This document shows positions 46,722 through 47,415 of a stretch of 47,415 bases of DNA, one piece after another. The notes beneath the pieces are model-generated. The model ran no database searches. It had not been told where the DNA came from and worked only from the letters and a program-made list of their open reading frames with translations. A program made the position numbers and the translations under genes. Each line of letters opens with the position of its first letter. Positions within the stretch are counted from its first letter, which is position 1. Location: the NCBI GenBank assembly GCA_010093995.1, contig ML992524.1:35606-83020 (forward strand), given 5' to 3'. The DNA is from Elsinoe ampelina. Lineage: Eukaryota.

Positions 46722-46980
46722 GCTTACCGGTGCAAGGTGATCCACCTGAGAGGCTCGTGTTCATGCTCGAGATGCTTAATACTTATACCTGAGCTTGCTC
46801 ATGGTGTGCCGCATCATGTCCACGTCAAATCTTGCTCTTACTGAAACGATACGCGTTGTTGGCATCGGACATTAATCTCCGTCTCTGTATATGGGAAGAA
46901 GCGTCATCTGGCGGCTCGACGCCAGCCGGAGTTTCGCCGAGCCGACACGAATTAGGCAAAGCTGCATTCACCGCATACCG

Positions 46981-47122
46981 TGTTGTAACTAGCAAATCGG
47001 ATCGAGAGACGTGTGTTTCATTCAGAGAGTTACAATAACCGATTTATCTACTGTGCATGCGCTGACTTATCAGTACCAGTTCTTCAGTACTAGAGAAGCT
47101 ATACTAGCCTTCTATTATAACA
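46981..47122 (-). repeat. 142-bp LTR (3' LTR of right element)
   Basis: TGTTGTAA...TTATAACA. Direct repeat of 1384-1525. Preceded on the minus strand by the polypurine tract AGAGAGGGAG (47123-47132). Confidence 0.95.
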
Positions 47123-47415
47123 CTCCCTCTCTAGTATAGATTACTAAAGCTAGAGAACTGTCCTATTATATGTAAGTAAAGTAATTAGCTTATTACTTTA
47201 TCTCTTTATAATTACTTATAATTGTTAGTGTTAGCTAATTATTAGTAAGAATTTACTATTAGTTTAGCTTATAATTGCTAGTAACAATAGTAACTATTAA
47301 TAATAGCTAGGCAGCTATTGTTTATATAAATAGACTAGCTTATAAGTCTTAATTAAAGAGATATAAGTATCTAACTAGCCTCTTTATAATTTCTCTTTCC
47401 TTTATTACACTTATA
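46981..47415 (-). mobile_element. RIP-inactivated Ty1/copia element, 3' end (PPT + 3' LTR), cut by the window edge
   Basis: LTR plus PPT, followed by abruptly AT/TpA-rich sequence running to the window end. Confidence 0.88.

Noticed and set aside
1526..46980. Whole block as cargo of one giant LTR element, Starship or circular element
   Set aside because: PBS and PPT both lie outside the block, the inner flanks do not form a TSD, no tyrosine-recombinase captain is present, and the content is ordinary housekeeping genes.

Overview
Gene-dense block from a filamentous ascomycete (Pezizomycotina). Introns are mostly about 45-55 nt, and the overall style suggests Eurotiomycetes/Chaetothyriales (inference only). 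Both window ends run into AT-rich, RIP-degraded copies of one Ty1/copia LTR retrotransposon family, with near-identical 142-bp LTRs in the same orientation at 1384-1525 and 46981-47122. About 22 genes lie between them: a Zn2Cys6 TF, mitochondrial TyrRS, a Ppo-type dioxygenase-P450 fusion, an MTC4-like protein, LYRM2 (absent from the ORF track), NAA40, GAB1/PIG-U, NOP7, MIC60, an FAD monooxygenase with a disrupted C-terminus, SAC1, a Rab5 GTPase, an Rrn9-domain protein with two C2H2 fingers, a four-gene array (below), MSH6, FPGS, an M24 peptidase, a P450 and an MFS transporter. Three observations stand out. (1) A tandem array of four diverged paralogous small Myb-like/H1-like basic proteins at 31.2-35.4 kb has shared intron positions and is only fragmentarily visible in the ORF track. 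(2) A C-rich to G-rich strand-skew switch recurs near five convergent gene ends. (3) RIP mutations are polarised within the two LTRs. All gene models were spliced by eye, and family assignments come from recognised motifs, not from database searches.
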